This document shows, one piece after another, positions 40,547 to 54,118 of a stretch of DNA of 64,000 nucleotides. Source of the stretch: Octopus vulgaris (taxonomy: Eukaryota). The translations under genes and the position numbers were made by a program. Position 1 is the first letter of the stretch, and every line of letters starts with the position of its first letter. The notes beneath the pieces are model-generated. The model was not told the origin of the DNA. It saw nothing but the letters and a program-made list of their open reading frames with translations, and did no database searches. Where the stretch lies: assembly GCA_951406725.2 (NCBI GenBank), contig OX597821.1:65534001-65598000 (forward strand), read 5' to 3'.

Positions 40547-40654
<108 letters not shown>

Positions 40655-41451
40655 ACATACATATATATATATAAGGTAGTATATATAGATATATATAGAA
40701 AGTAATATATATTTTATTTCCACTTTGTGTTTTTTAATATTTATTTTGTATAATTTGCCACATTTCATTGAAGCAGAATATTCCTTTCGTAAAACAATGG
40801 GTCATTTATTAGTGTTTTAGAAAATGAAAACAAACATTAAATGAAACTTTAATAAGGATGATATTCAATTAAAGAAATAATCTAATATTTTTATATGGTA
40901 GAAGAAATTCTAAACGAGTTCAATTTTAGTAAATACCTATTGATAACAATTAAACAGTTTGAGTTAATTATCTACTTTTTGTTAATGTATTAGAACATTA
41001 AAATATTTTCAAATTAATGAACGAATTAATGTGTTTTGAACAAAATCAATATGTCCTACTAGCTCCCTCTGGTGTATTTACTAAGATACAACGAAGAGAT
41101 TATCTCAGCAGAAAAATTTTGGGAAAAGTACATTTTTCTTTTAAAGATTTACTGTAAAATCAGAAATTATCTTTGTTGAATAATTAACTTAATTGTTTTA
41201 AAAATTAAACTATTGACGAGAAAAAGTCAAAAGGTTACTTAAATAATTTCGTACAGGAAAATGATGACGTAATCAAAATGTAGTATTTTTTAATGGTGTT
41301 AGTTGTATAGTTTACATGTATAGTTACTGAAGACTTATATATGAACAAGAATTACATAAAATATTTACTTTTGATATTAGTTTAGCATGGTTTTCTATTA
41401 CACCTGTGATATTTATGTGTGTGGAACCTTTACGAAACAAAAATATGTAAA

Positions 41452-41848
41452 CTTTATATATAAAAGTGAAGTTGTGTGTCTGTCTCCTACGATTTAGATT
41501 CCTAACTACTCCCACATTTTGCGGTGCAGTTTAACCAAAACCGGGTATCTTATAGTCGTGATTCATATCGAGCCCTTCTGGGTATTAGCGTGCGTCTACG
41601 ATGAGTCTACGATTTAAAAAAAAAATTACCATCATTTTTTTCCATTTTAATGCATTTTTTCGCTATTATATAAGGGAAGTAGCTCTCTAAAAATGTCTAC
41701 GATGAGTCAACGATTTAAAAAAAAATTTACCATCATTTTTTTCCCATTTTTAATGCATTTTTTTGCTATTTTTTGGCTATAACTCTCTAAAAATGCTTAT
41801 ATAGTTATTTCCCTTACAAACCCGAGCAACGCCGGGCGATACTGCTAG
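41452..41848 (+). mobile_element. Non-autonomous Helitron
   Basis: 5' tatatataaaagtgaagttgtgtgtctgtc; internal tandem duplication of about 100 bp; 3' hairpin cccgagcaacgccggg followed by CTAG|T. Confidence 0.8.
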
Positions 41849-41935
41849 TACAATATAAATTACTATATGAAACGTGCAGAAATTATCTATAACATTCAAC
41901 GAAAAAATCTTATCTAGAAAATAATTTGGAGATAC

Positions 41936-42277
41936 GCTGAGACCGCCTTCAGTCATGACTGACCATGGGATTGCACCTAGAAAATTACCCTCCCAGGCAC
42001 AAGTCCAGGCAAGGTTGTTTATAGAAGACCAGCAGTCACCCATGCATACCGCCCCCCCCTCTCCACGCCACCAGTGTTATCCAAGGGAAAGGCAAAGGGG
42101 CCGATACAGCTTGGCACCAGTGACGTCGCAACTCATTTCTACAGCTGAGTGTACTGGAGCAACGTGAAATAAAGTGTCTTGCTTAAGAACAAAGCACGCA
42201 GCCCGGTCCGGGATTCGAACTCACAACCTCACAATCGTAAGCTCGACGCTCTAACCACTGAGCCATGCGCCTTCACA
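41936..42277 (-). mobile_element. Family D SINE with a tRNA-Arg-like head
   Basis: Minus head gaaggcgcatggctcagtggttagagcgtcgagcttacgatt...gagttcgaatccc; flanks atttggagata / atttggatata look like a TSD. Confidence 0.85.
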
Positions 42278-42574
42278 TTTGGATATATAATAACATGCAA
42301 ATTATCATAAAATATTATGTACTATGATGAATGTGGAAATACGTCTAGCCTCGATTGATTGTTGTTAGCGTGGAATGTGGAAGTGTGAGACTTGTTGCAT
42401 TCATGGAAAAGAATGGAATACTATGACACATTAAAAACCAAATACCACTAATTGGTTGAAGGAGTACAAACAGATAGAACATTTTTACAGCGTCTACGTT
42501 TATCAAATACAGACATTTATTACAGAATTATTAATAGTGCAGAGACATATACTGCATAGAATTATTAATACCGC

Positions 42575-42866
42575 AGGCGGTGAGCTGGTAGAATCGTTAG
42601 CTCGTTTGACAAAGGGCTTAGCAGCATTTCGTCTATCTTTATGTTCTGAGTTCAAATTCCGCCGAGGTCAGTTTTTGCCTTTCATCATTTCGGGGTCGAT
42701 AAAATAAATAGTAGTTGATCACTGGGGTCGATATATATAATCGACTTAACCCCTACTCCGAAATTGCTAGCCTTATGCCAAAATGCGAACTCAATTAAGT
42801 TTTGGGGGGTCGATGTAATCGATTTGATCCATCCCCTCAAAACTGCTGCCCTCGTGCCAAAATTAC
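42575..42866 (+). mobile_element. Family B SINE with a duplicated tail
   Basis: ggcggtgagctggtagaatcgttagc...gagttcaaattccgccgagg; two ggggtcgat..aatcga units. Confidence 0.85.
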
Positions 42867-44835
42867 GCAAAAATATTAATGACACATTTACTGTTGCTGA
42901 TAAATTTCTTCAGTAGAAATGGGGTTCCTAAGTGAGTACAAATATACACACGAAAATGACAAATAATCAAAATGATATGATTAAATTTATTACTAGTGCG
43001 ATTACTCTCAATGATCATTTATTGCACATCCAAAGAGTTTTATATCTAAACGGAAGAAATGCTTACTAAATTTTCATTTATTCTATTTTGGCAAATGTTG
43101 AGAAATGGGGTGAGAATATTTTGGAGATCTTGATTGGATCATCTTTTATCTGTTACGTGTTTAAGTCATTAGATTACAGTCTTGCTTGCACTTATTCTAT
43201 CGGTCTGTTTTGCCGAACCGCTAGGTTATGGGGACATAAACATACCAACACCGTTCGGTATGTCGGTCTCAGGCTATACTTGAAGACACTTTTCCAACGT
43301 GCTGCGCAGTGGGATTGAACTCGGAACCATGTGGATTGGAAGGCATAGAAAGCATAATTTCAAAAGACTCGGGGGTGCAAAATTGACAAGATGCTCTGAA
43401 GGTCGTAAATGGTTTTGCGAATAATAGTACTTTCTGTTTTATATCAATTGATGTTTTGTTCAATATTAAATTCCAAAAAAACTTCGACGGCGAAGAGTCT
43501 GTATATGTTGATAAAATCTAATTTTAAATGAATTAGCTGTTAAACTGATTGAGAATCTTGATGTTAAATTTGTGTTGACGGCGAAGCAATAAGCAAACTA
43601 TTCAGCTTTGGAGTTGCTTTCTAGTGCATTATCGTCATTGTTTGTACAATTGTAGAACGTGTGTAGAAGCTTTAGTGAGTTGTTATGGAAGGTCACTAAG
43701 TACTATTACGAGTTCTAATATACTATTACGCAAATAGCAACTTCAAAACACCTATACACACTCACACTCACACAAATATATTTAATAATTAAATTGTAAA
43801 AGAAAAGAAAATCCTATGGCCATGCTAAACAAGGAAGTACAAAATATTATAAACAGAAGGTAGTTGATTGAATAAGTTTCAAACAAAATTTGCCATTTTA
43901 AATAACGTGAACAAGTTTAGAATACGGGGATCTACTAAACACACTGAGCATCGGTTGTCAGATATGCAAAATGCTAGGGGGACAAAATGTTGCAAACACA
44001 ACACACACACACACACACACAGCTATGTATATATATATATACATTATACGATAGGTATGTGACGAAAATTCAACATATATGTAAGAGCTAAATGTATGGT
44101 GTCTTAAAGAAAAGATTCATTGTCGGTGAAATACTAGTTTATTGACAAGCCACTCTTACTATGCACGAAAGAAAAGAAGAACGGTCTTACTTTGGATATA
44201 TTTGATCTTAAATTTCCTCGATCAGTGATAAACTTAAGGCTAAATAAAATCACAAAATCGTTTGGACTGATAATGTTGAAGTTACAAATAGCTGTTTGAA
44301 GGAGGAACAGGTATGGTAAATTGCTTTTATTTCTTTAATTTTCTTTTTTTCCCCCCCATTTAGTACATAAACCACATGCTTACTATACGTTTTATACATA
44401 AAGAAGCCTTTTTAAATTCATATGAATCATACGATCAGTATATGAAGCAGACTTTTACGAAACATTTGGCTATAGGTTTATTTTGAAGCATATTGTCACT
44501 TACTACGCAGTTAATATACATAATATGGTTTTTCAAATAGATTGAGTATATAAATCATACTTTTAGACACATTTAGTTTATAAAACGAAGTTTTTACTAG
44601 ACATTCCACTAGACTTGTATAGTAAAAAATATGATCTTTTTTTAACTACATATTTACTATAAAAAATCGACTTTTACAAATACATTTAGTATATATAAAA
44701 GAAGTCTTTTATTAAACATTTTATAATATGCTTATTATATACAAAACAGTTTTTTTTTTCACTATACATTAGTATATAAAACCCTCTTTTACAAATATCT
44801 TAAGCATATATGATACACACATTTGTGACAAAATA

Positions 44836-44896
<61 letters not shown>

Positions 44897-44923
44897 TAGT
44901 ATATATTATATATCATATGTATA

Positions 44924-44963
<40 letters not shown>

Positions 44964-45093
44964 TTATATATGTACATGTATATATATATATGGAGAGGGA
45001 GAGAGAAATAGATAGACAGCTAAAGAGAGAGAGAGAAATAGATAGATAAATAAATAGACAGAGAGATACATAACGTACATATATTCACACAAG

Positions 45094-45152
<59 letters not shown>

Positions 45153-45788
45153 ATATATATGTATATATATGTATGTATATTTATATACACATATATATAT
45201 ACACATACACACACGCACACATACACTCATATTATATATATGTATTGTATATGGTATATTGTTCGATATAGTGTATTTATTTTAAGAACCAGATAGTGTT
45301 TAATTTTCCCGTGGAATATTCAATGCATCCTATTTGCACAACCATTCATCTCATGCTGGCTTGGAACAATGGACGTAAACCATTAAGTTTAGACAGTTAT
45401 AGCATGTGTGTATGCATTCTTTCACAAGCATTGGTTTTTGCTTCCATATAGGTAGACGCATCAGGAATGTGGTGAAAGTCTATAATGCATAGCACATATG
45501 CAAACCAATTCGCTAGATTTAAAACTTATTCCTCTCCTATCTTCCTCCTCCTCTACCTCCTCCTCCTCCTCCTCCTTGTCTTTCTCACTGTTGCCATCGT
45601 GATTGTCATCATCGCAAATTCAACAAAAAAATTTATATAGTACATAGATACACGTACGTTCGCCTGGTTTCGTGTTCAGTCCCACAACACAGCATTTTGG
45701 ACAAGTACCTTCGCCCATAGCACCCGACCTAACAATAGCGTGTGGCTGAAACTCTGCGGATATCTGTTTTATATAATATATAATACAT

Positions 45789-45913
45789 AGGCGCAGACGT
45801 GGCTGTGTGTTAAGAAGCTTGGTTCCCAACCACATGGTTCCGGGTTCATTCCCAATGCGTAGCACTTTGTGCAAGTGAGTAGATTTGGTAGACGGAAACT
45901 GAAAGAAGTCCGT

Positions 45914-45916
<3 letters not shown>
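45789..45916 (+). mobile_element. Family A SINE 5' half
   Basis: ggcgcagacgtggctgtgtgttaag...ggaaactgaaagaagtccgtcg, then (TA)n. Confidence 0.85.
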
Positions 45917-45954
<38 letters not shown>

Positions 45955-46582
45955 GTATATTGAAAGGGCAAGACTGCTAGGTAGTCGGCCGTATGCTAGA
46001 AATAGATCACCAACGATCAAACTACAAAGAATGTTCTTTAGAGGAAAATTCAGCGGACACCAGAACCAATTAGGCGAGCAAGACAGATGAAAATTATATA
46101 AAAAAACAGAATTAATCACATACCTCGGTTTCAACTATTAACAAAAGAATTACTTACATAATTCAAATGTCCGTAGTTTCGTCAGTGCGATCGTTCAGAC
46201 AAAATGCATTCTGAAAAAACTAACCCCAGCTTTCTGTGCCAAAACAGACACGTGTTTTGTTTTACCGATTACATTAGGGATAAATTTCAAATGTCTTAGT
46301 TCTGGCGCGCTAAAAATTCCTGAAGCGAAGAACTGCAGTAAATAATTTACTGCGGTTAGGGCTGCCAACTAGAGAACGTATTTATTCCAATATTTAAATA
46401 ATGAGGGAGATAAATTGATATTAATTTAAAACCAGTAGCCTAGCATACAAAAAATCTGAAAAATCAGAGAAAATTCTAATACATGTGTATATTGAAAGGG
46501 CAAGACTGCTAGGTAGTCGGCCGTATGCTAGAAATAGATCATCAACGATCAAACTACAAAGAATGTTCTCTAGAGGAAAATT
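45955..46582. mobile_element. Unclassified 628-bp insert with 96-bp direct terminal repeats (532-bp period) in (TA)n
   Basis: 45955-46050 and 46487-46582 differ at 2 positions; no ORF inside. Confidence 0.7.
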
Positions 46583-46611
46583 TATATATATATATATGTG
46601 TGTGTGTGTGT

Positions 46612-46666
<55 letters not shown>

Positions 46667-46734
46667 ATGAATGTATATGTATATGTTTGTGTACACACTG
46701 ATAGATTATGGCTAAAAAAAGCAAAAGAAAAAAT

Positions 46735-46957
46735 GCCGGTGCATGGTTTAGTGGTTAGGGAGTTGGACTCATGATCGTAAGAATAAGGTTTTGATTCCTG
46801 GACAGGGCGATCCATTGTGTTCTTGAGCAAAACACTTCATTTCACGTTGCTGCAGTTCGCTCATCTGGTGAAAATCAGTAATCCTACGAAGGACTAGCTT
46901 CTCATCAAAGCGCGGAATATAAAGGCCCTGAAACCGGTATGACTCGAGAAGGCAACT

Positions 46958-46960
<3 letters not shown>
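46735..46960 (+). mobile_element. Family D-related SINE
   Basis: gcatggtttagtggttagggagttggactcatgatcg...gttcttgagcaaaacacttcatttcacgttgc; the tail runs into (CTT)n. Confidence 0.75.
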
Positions 46961-46990
<30 letters not shown>

Positions 46991-47056
46991 CTTCTTCTTC
47001 TTCTTCTTCTTCTTCTTCTTCTTCTTCTTCTTCTTCTCCTCCTCCTCCTCCTACTT

Positions 47057-47114
<58 letters not shown>

Positions 47115-47150
47115 CACCACCACCATCACGACTACTACTACTACTACTAC

Positions 47151-47191
<41 letters not shown>

Positions 47192-47245
47192 ATACTGCTG
47201 CTGCTGCTGGAGCTGCTCCTGCTGTTGCTCTTATCATTATTATTA

Positions 47246-47300
<55 letters not shown>
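46960..47300. repeat. Compound triplet array (copy 2) followed by (ATT)n
   Basis: Same motif order and junction sequences as 35990-36270. Confidence 0.9.
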
Positions 47301-48726
47301 ATTTGAGTAGAGATGGCCTACCATTAAATGACAGTAAACTGATGCAGAAATTAATAATGATATTCTATTACTTTCTTGTGACTAAATATTTTTGCTCTGA
47401 AACATTAGTGTTGTTGTCATTGTTGCTTAGACCTACGACTGCCTTTAGTGGAGCTGGCCTTTCATCAAGAGATTTCCAGCTATTGCGATATCGACGTTAT
47501 GATGTTTCATTTTTCATTGTTTTTAGCAATATGCTCCTCGGATGATTTTATCTTGTTCCTTATTCATTTCCAATAATGCAGGGTGTGATTTGAGGGAAAT
47601 TTGTAGCTGATTCTAGCAAGCAGTGACCAAGTGCATTATCCATGAACTATACTATTTCTTGCTTTTAATAATAGAAATTACTGGACAGAGGCCATGCTGA
47701 TGTTCATCGCCTTGAAGTCTTTTTAGTGGATCATAGTAATGCAGTTGTATAAGTTTGATGCTTCTTTCATCTGTATTAATGAAATATAATATTGAATGCA
47801 GTACAGAAACAGTGACATCCATGCACTGTTCATCGTTTTCCACTGGTCAGGCGTCTCTTGTCTCTACATGTTGACTTCGCAATAATTTTTTGTTTTCTTT
47901 TTATTTTATAAAGGTGTTTATAAATTTATCGCTTTTCCTTTGAGAATTCAGTGACCGACCAATCATTTAATGTCGATTTCATCAACATATACTCTTTCAC
48001 TTAATTCTTCACATCACCGAATTCCTAATTTTTATTTCGCATCTGCCTTAACTAAAAACAAAATGGCTTTCAAAACACATTGTTTTTTGTTTTGTTTTGT
48101 TATTCATCTCGAAACACTAAATTGGCGTTCTTTTTCAGTAAGTCATTTTCTGGCCACGTTTTTTGTTATTTTCTTTGGGTTATCCTTGCATGCTCTGCAG
48201 TACAATTTCCATTGTTACTGCAGTGGAAATTGCAGCGTCAAATATTCATGCTAATTGCTGTTTGTAGTTCAAACCAAATTTTAAAGACAAATATTTTCTG
48301 GCGTTTGCCCGAGGATATAGTAAAAGACACGTGTCCGGGGGGGGGGGCGAAGTGGGACTAAACCTGGGACCATGTGGTTGGGAAGCAAGCTTCTTATTTC
48401 TTTACTGCCCACAAGGAGCCACACACAGATAAACTAGAAGCAACTGAGCCGTCCTTAGAAGAAACAGACATAGAGTAATCTTAAACAAATTAATATTATT
48501 TTTATTAGGACTAGCGATTAGGTTATGTTTCACAAATTATTTATTAAGAACACTCGTAGACAGACTTGTAGATTTCTTTTTAAAAGGAAGTCTAAAGTTG
48601 TTTGCATATATAAAATTCTCGGTAAATTTCTCAGTAACACGCAGAAGCATTTCCTATGATAATAGAAACTTATTCACTTCGTTCAAAATTTGGATCTTGT
48701 GTCTGAAAAATTCGTAAATCCGGGGT

Positions 48727-48762
<36 letters not shown>

Positions 48763-48827
48763 TAGCTTAAGGTGGCCCGCTCTACGCGCGGGTAAGAGTG
48801 TGGTTGTTACTTTCTGTTGCTTTCTTT

Positions 48828-49141
48828 CAGCACGTAAAAAGTACCATCCGAACGTGGCCGATTGCAGCGCCGCCTTGACTGGCGTCTGTGCCTGTGGCAC
48901 GTAAAAAGCACCAACCGATCGTGGCCGCTGCCAGCTCCCTGGCACCTGTGCCGGCGGCGCGAAAAAGGCACCCACTACACTCACAGAGTGGTTGGCGTTA
49001 GGAAGGGCATCCACCTGTAGAAACACTGCCAGATCAGAGTGGAGCCTGGTGCAGCCTCCTGGCTTCCCAGACCCCGGTCAAACTGTCCAACCTGTGCTAG
49101 CACGGAAAACGGACGTAAAACGATGATGATGATGATGATGA
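48828..49141 (+). mobile_element. Family E SINE fragment with a (GAT)n tail
   Basis: Repeated gcacgtaaaaag units, ggcgttaggaagggcatcc, ggaaaacggacgtaaaacgatgatg. Confidence 0.75.
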
Positions 49142-50816
49142 TTCTCCCTCTTTGTTTCTCTCTCCTTTCTCTCTCACTTTCCTAATCTCTTACTTTTCTT
49201 TTCTCTCGGACTCCCCCTGGCTTTCTCTTACTCTCTATCTTTATCTATCTCTCTTCCATTTATAAACAACAAAAGATCTTGAGTAAGTTGAGAAATAAAA
49301 TATTTTGAAAGATCAATCATAAATATCAGGCAGTGACAACGGAAAGGTTTGCTTCAAGGCAGACAGCAAAACACTAACATTTAAAAGGGACAGACGAACT
49401 TGCGAGCTGAATAAAAATAATAAAATATTGGAAACCAAAGTTTGAAGGGATAGAATCTGAGGATAGTAGAGTCACCATGGCTGGCATTTGTTAACGACGG
49501 ACAGCAACGTAGTGGCAGTTTAACGGCTGGCGTAAAATTTTGAACTTGTTGTAAAAGAAAATTCCTAAACACCAAGTTTTGAAGCGATTCTTTCTCACGA
49601 CAGTGGACTCACCATGACAAGCATTCAAAACTTCATCATCGACAACAACACATTAACGATTTAAAGGCTAGTGCAAATTTTTTAGCTTGATGTAACAGAG
49701 AATTCCTAAACACCCCCTCCTGTAAATTTTAATCACCTTCCAACCCCATTTAGACCCCTTTTCACATTTTGGTTAATATAACCCGATTTCATTTGGGTCT
49801 ACTCGTGCCACATTTTATAAGATGAGGAATTTTGTCCTAGAGGTCACGCCTTTCATTTGAGGAAAAAAATAGTTGTCATGCAAACTTGCCAGCACTTTTA
49901 ACATAGGTGTACATATTTTCAGCACAACCGACCACATAATGCACACAAATTTAAGTTTATTCGTAAGATAAATCTTAGCGATAGATTTGTTATTTGATAG
50001 CAAGCATACGAGGCGTATTAAGTTAGGCTTTGTTTATACATCTTTTAATAGTATTTATAATTAACTTAGATAAACTTTGATAAACTTAGATATGTTTCGA
50101 CTAAAGATTGGTCCAGGCCATGTCTAATTTAATAGCATAACTTAGTTATTTCTTTGAATTTATATTCGATAATTATTCCCATTGATAATTATATTTATAG
50201 TATTTATAGTATTTATTCGATACTATATTACTACGAATTGATTATTTCTAAAAAGTATTTTACGTAAGATTTCCGAAAGTTCGTTTAAGTTAGTTTATTT
50301 GTAATTTGAAATTAGCTATTTCATCTTTAATTATGAAAAATTAAATTTATTAGGTTTTTATTATATGTGCATATACAATTATCTATAGAGATTATTTTAG
50401 ATCTTAATTATAATATTTATATACATTTATATATTTTCATTGATAATTTATATATATTAGTCATTTTAAATATTTAAAATAATATATACTTTTTAAATAA
50501 TATATACTTCCGGCTTTCGTAGAGTAAACACGTGTTGCTTTGCTCTGTGATAAAAAACAAAAAGGTTTGCATAAATCGACGAAATAATAGGCGAAAACTC
50601 ATAAAAAAACCGTAGAACTTGCTATCTCATAGCGGTGTACTGGGATATTTTGGTTAAAAACCGCAATATATTTTGCTACAAGCCAAGTATAGTGCACTAA
50701 AGTTAGTAACGCACGCCGGATTTCCCTGTCGAAGTAAGCACGTGGTGAAATCTTTTAAATTTATGTCCAGTCGACTCTAACAGCAAAAAGAACCGTTTTT
50801 CTTGGCATACCTGTAG

Positions 50817-52750
50817 AGCTTTCTACAGGTATGCCAAAGAAACAGCTACGGTGCACTGTAGGATAGGGCCACTCCTTGAAAGGGATGCCACACTCACAGG
50901 AAATCCAATGAGGGTAAGTGAAATACTAAATGAGCAATTCAAGAGTGTTTTCACCCCACCCCTGGGGCATTTCCAAATCAGCAATCCAACTGACTTCTTC
51001 ACCACTGCAGATATGGGGTCAGAGGCGGCGATGATTGATTACATCAATATAAAGGAAGACGATCTAATAAAGGCTATAGATGAGATGAAAACAAACTCAG
51101 CTACTGGCCCCGATGGATTCCCGGCAATCCTTCTAAAAGTATGTAAGAGAGTACTAGCAAGACCACTGCAGTTTCTCTTTCAGAGCTTCCTTGCAACTGG
51201 CAAACTTCCAAGAAAACTGAGGGAAGGTAAAATATGCCCTATCCATAAAGGAGGTAGCAGAGCGGAGGCCAAGAACTACAGACCTATCTCTCTGACCTCA
51301 CACATCAGCAAGGTCATGGAACGAATAGTCAGAAGGAAACTAATCACCTTCCTTGAAGAAAATCACTTGCTGCCTGACACCCAACATGGTTTCCGACCAG
51401 GAAGAAGCTGCTTAACTCAGCTCCTACAACACTATGATTGGGTGCTGAAACGACTGCTCAACCACTCAAATGTGGAAGTGATATATCTCGACTTTGCAAA
51501 GGCCTTTGATACAGTCGATCATGGAATGATATGTCACACACTGCGTGATCTTGGCATAGTTGGAAAATTGGGAGAATGGCTTCATGACTTTCTGAAGGAT
51601 AGAAGTCAGGTGGTAGTAGCCAATGGGGCCACTTCCATTTACACGCAAATAGTGAGCGGTGTTCCGCAGGGCACTGTTTTGGAACCACTACTGTTCATAA
51701 TGGCCCTCTCAGACATGCCCTCAGCCACGCAGAGAGCCACGATCACAAGTTATGCAGATGATACAAAAGTTTCACAGGCAATACAGAACCCTGAAGACAC
51801 TAAGCACCTGCAATGTGAGCTGGACAAAATATACAAGTGGGCTGAAATGAATAGCATGCAGTTCAATGCTGAAAAGTTTCAAGCTTTATGCTATCAGCAT
51901 GCAAAACTGAATGCAATACCCAATGAATACACTGGACCCGGAGGGATTGCAATCCCAGAGGCACAATCAATGCGTGACCTGGGTATTCACATGAGTGATG
52001 ACGCAACCTTTCATGTACATGTTGCTAAACTGGCAATGAAATGTAGACGGCTGGCCGGATGGATTCTTAGAACCTTTAGAACAAGAGAACAAGAAACCAT
52101 GATGGTCCTCTGGAAGACACTTTTCCTAAGCCACTTTGACTATTGCTCTCAGCTATGGTCACCATCCAGTGTCAAGTTGATCACAGAACTTGAGGCGATC
52201 CAACGAAGCTACACGAAGAAGATAGCCTCTGTGCAGCATATAAGATACTGGGAAAGACCCAAGAGATTAAAACTCTATTCCTTGGAGCGTAAGCGAGAAA
52301 GATATGCCATAATATACATCTGGAAGATCCTGGAAGGACTTGTCCCAAACTTTGGCATCGAGAGTTACACAAATGCCAGAACTGGGCGCCACTGCGTGGT
52401 GCCAAGGACTCCAAATTTGCAATCAAGATGTAGGACAAGATACTGTGATAGCCTGGGCTTCCGAGGCCCACAGCTCTTCAATATCCTCCCGAAGAACCTG
52501 ATGGACCTGCATGGGGTGGATGCGGATGTCTTTAAAGTAGGACTGGATCACTTCCTGTCAGGTGTCCAGGATGAACCAACTTCACGGCAGGAGGTGCAGA
52601 TGAGGGCAGCTGCATCAAACTCACTCATGCACCAAATGGCAGTTGCTAAAAAGCATTCGTGAGGTAAAATCATGTAGCAACACCAAATTGCGGTGCCCCA
52701 GCATGGCCACAGCTCAAGAGCTGAAACTGGAAAACATAAACAAACATAAA
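50817..52750 (+). mobile_element. Young 5'-truncated CR1-group LINE
   Basis: Frame starts AFYRYAKE and stays open to TGA at 52662; short 3' UTR gcggtgccccagcatggccacagctc..gagctgaaac; (aaacata) tail. Confidence 0.92.
50851..52662 (+). CDS. LINE ORF2 reverse transcriptase domain and C-terminus (no endonuclease; N-terminally truncated)
   Basis: GPDGFP, NYRPISLTS, QHGFR, YLDFAKAFD, GVPQGTVL, YADDTK, RDLGI. Confidence 0.93.
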   Translation: MHCRIGPLLERDATLTGNPMRVSEILNEQFKSVFTPPLGHFQISNPTDFFTTADMGSEAAMIDYINIKEDDLIKAIDEMKTNSATGPDGFPAILLKVCKRVLARPLQFLFQSFLATGKLPRKLREGKICPIHKGGSRAEAKNYRPISLTSHISKVMERIVRRKLITFLEENHLLPDTQHGFRPGRSCLTQLLQHYDWVLKRLLNHSNVEVIYLDFAKAFDTVDHGMICHTLRDLGIVGKLGEWLHDFLKDRSQVVVANGATSIYTQIVSGVPQGTVLEPLLFIMALSDMPSATQRATITSYADDTKVSQAIQNPEDTKHLQCELDKIYKWAEMNSMQFNAEKFQALCYQHAKLNAIPNEYTGPGGIAIPEAQSMRDLGIHMSDDATFHVHVAKLAMKCRRLAGWILRTFRTREQETMMVLWKTLFLSHFDYCSQLWSPSSVKLITELEAIQRSYTKKIASVQHIRYWERPKRLKLYSLERKRERYAIIYIWKILEGLVPNFGIESYTNARTGRHCVVPRTPNLQSRCRTRYCDSLGFRGPQLFNILPKNLMDLHGVDADVFKVGLDHFLSGVQDEPTSRQEVQMRAAASNSLMHQMAVAKKHS

Positions 52751-52983
52751 TGTAATTAGATATAGACTAATACCGATATTAGATTATGGATGTGTTTCCT
52801 ACCTTATAAATTAAAATTAATATTTAACATTATAGTCGATTTTGATATAATCATAATTGTTAAGTTCTATGTTTCTAGTTTGATAATAGAATTTATTATA
52901 AGTAAAATTATTATATTATATATATTATTTATATCTTAAAAATATTGTTTAAATATTTCTGATTATATTTTAGATATTTCAAT

Positions 52984-53036
52984 CACCTGAAGATTGACTG
53001 TAACTCGAATTGGACAGCCATGAAACGATCGTAGTG
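52984..53036 (+). ncRNA. Type I hammerhead ribozyme, canonical core
   Basis: Stem I CAC/GTG; CTGAAGA; stem II TGACTGT/ACAGCCA (one mismatch); GAAA; palindromic stem III ACGATCGT; GUA triplet; AT-rich tail ending in (TA)n at about 53165. Confidence 0.75.
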
Positions 53037-53161
53037 TTATACATATTATCTTTTTAATAATTTTGATATATATTTTAAATAATATAAATTAATTAATCTT
53101 ATGTATTGGCTTAAGTTTTTCATTGTATGATTTGTCTAATAGTGGTTTTATCTCTAATTTA

Positions 53162-53214
<53 letters not shown>

Positions 53215-53551
53215 GCATTATATATCTATATGTGTGTGTGTGTGTGTGTGTGTATGCATTATATATACAAATGTATACAAATTATATATATATATATAAA
53301 TATAAATTAAATTAGAGGCAAATTAAACAGTGAAAAACATAACCCAAAACATAAAAATAAAAATATAATGTACAAAACATATAAAATATAAAATTTAAAA
53401 ATTTAAATTATTTAAATTTAAAATTAAAATTATTAAATTATATTTATAATTTTTTTTAACTATATATAATTATCCAAAAGTATTAAAAAGTTTAATATAC
53501 ATAAATACAGATATATACACTTTGTATACAAATTTATATATAGTATATAGA

Positions 53552-53584
<33 letters not shown>

Positions 53585-54086
53585 AATTAACCCAATAAAT
53601 ATCTGATTCGTAATATTTGTTCTCATGATTATGTGGTGGTGGTGGTTGGGGCGATGATAATTCTCTCTATGAATGCAGACAGACGTAGAGAGAGAGAGTG
53701 TGTGTGAAAGCGCTGTCGAAGGCGGGGAGGAGGGGGAGAGTGAGGACGCCGTGACACGACGTCATAAAGAGAAAGTGAAGGTAAGGGAGATAGGCGCCGT
53801 GAAACAACGTTGTATATAGTAAGTGATGGGAAGGGAGGAAAGAGAATGAGTGACGGAGGAAGACAGATGCATAAAAGAATGAGAGTAGACTTGTCAAAGT
53901 GAGTTTTTGGCCCTAGCAACGACACCTTTTAAGATGGGGATTTCTAACCTAGCCCACTAACATCCTCACCTCATTTTACATGTCCCTGTAAATTTTGGAG
54001 TCAATCCGACGGGATCTAGTGGCCTTTAACCCGTTCTCAATGCCAAAACCAGACAAACAAACAAACAAACTTTTCGCATTTCAGAT

Positions 54087-54118
<32 letters not shown>

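Larger units (their letters stand above)
48762..54095 (-). mobile_element. Helitron-type termini, possibly one non-autonomous element hosting nested insertions
   Basis: Minus 3' end: hairpin cccgcgcgtagagcggg then CTAG|T at 48762. Minus 5' end: tattataaatctgaaatgcgaaaagtttgtttgtttg at about 54095. Pairing the two ends is an inference. Confidence 0.5.

Noticed and set aside
42195-42277. tRNA-Arg-like sequence as a tRNA gene
   Set aside because: It is the head of a SINE with a body and TSD-like flanks; the acceptor stem does not close.
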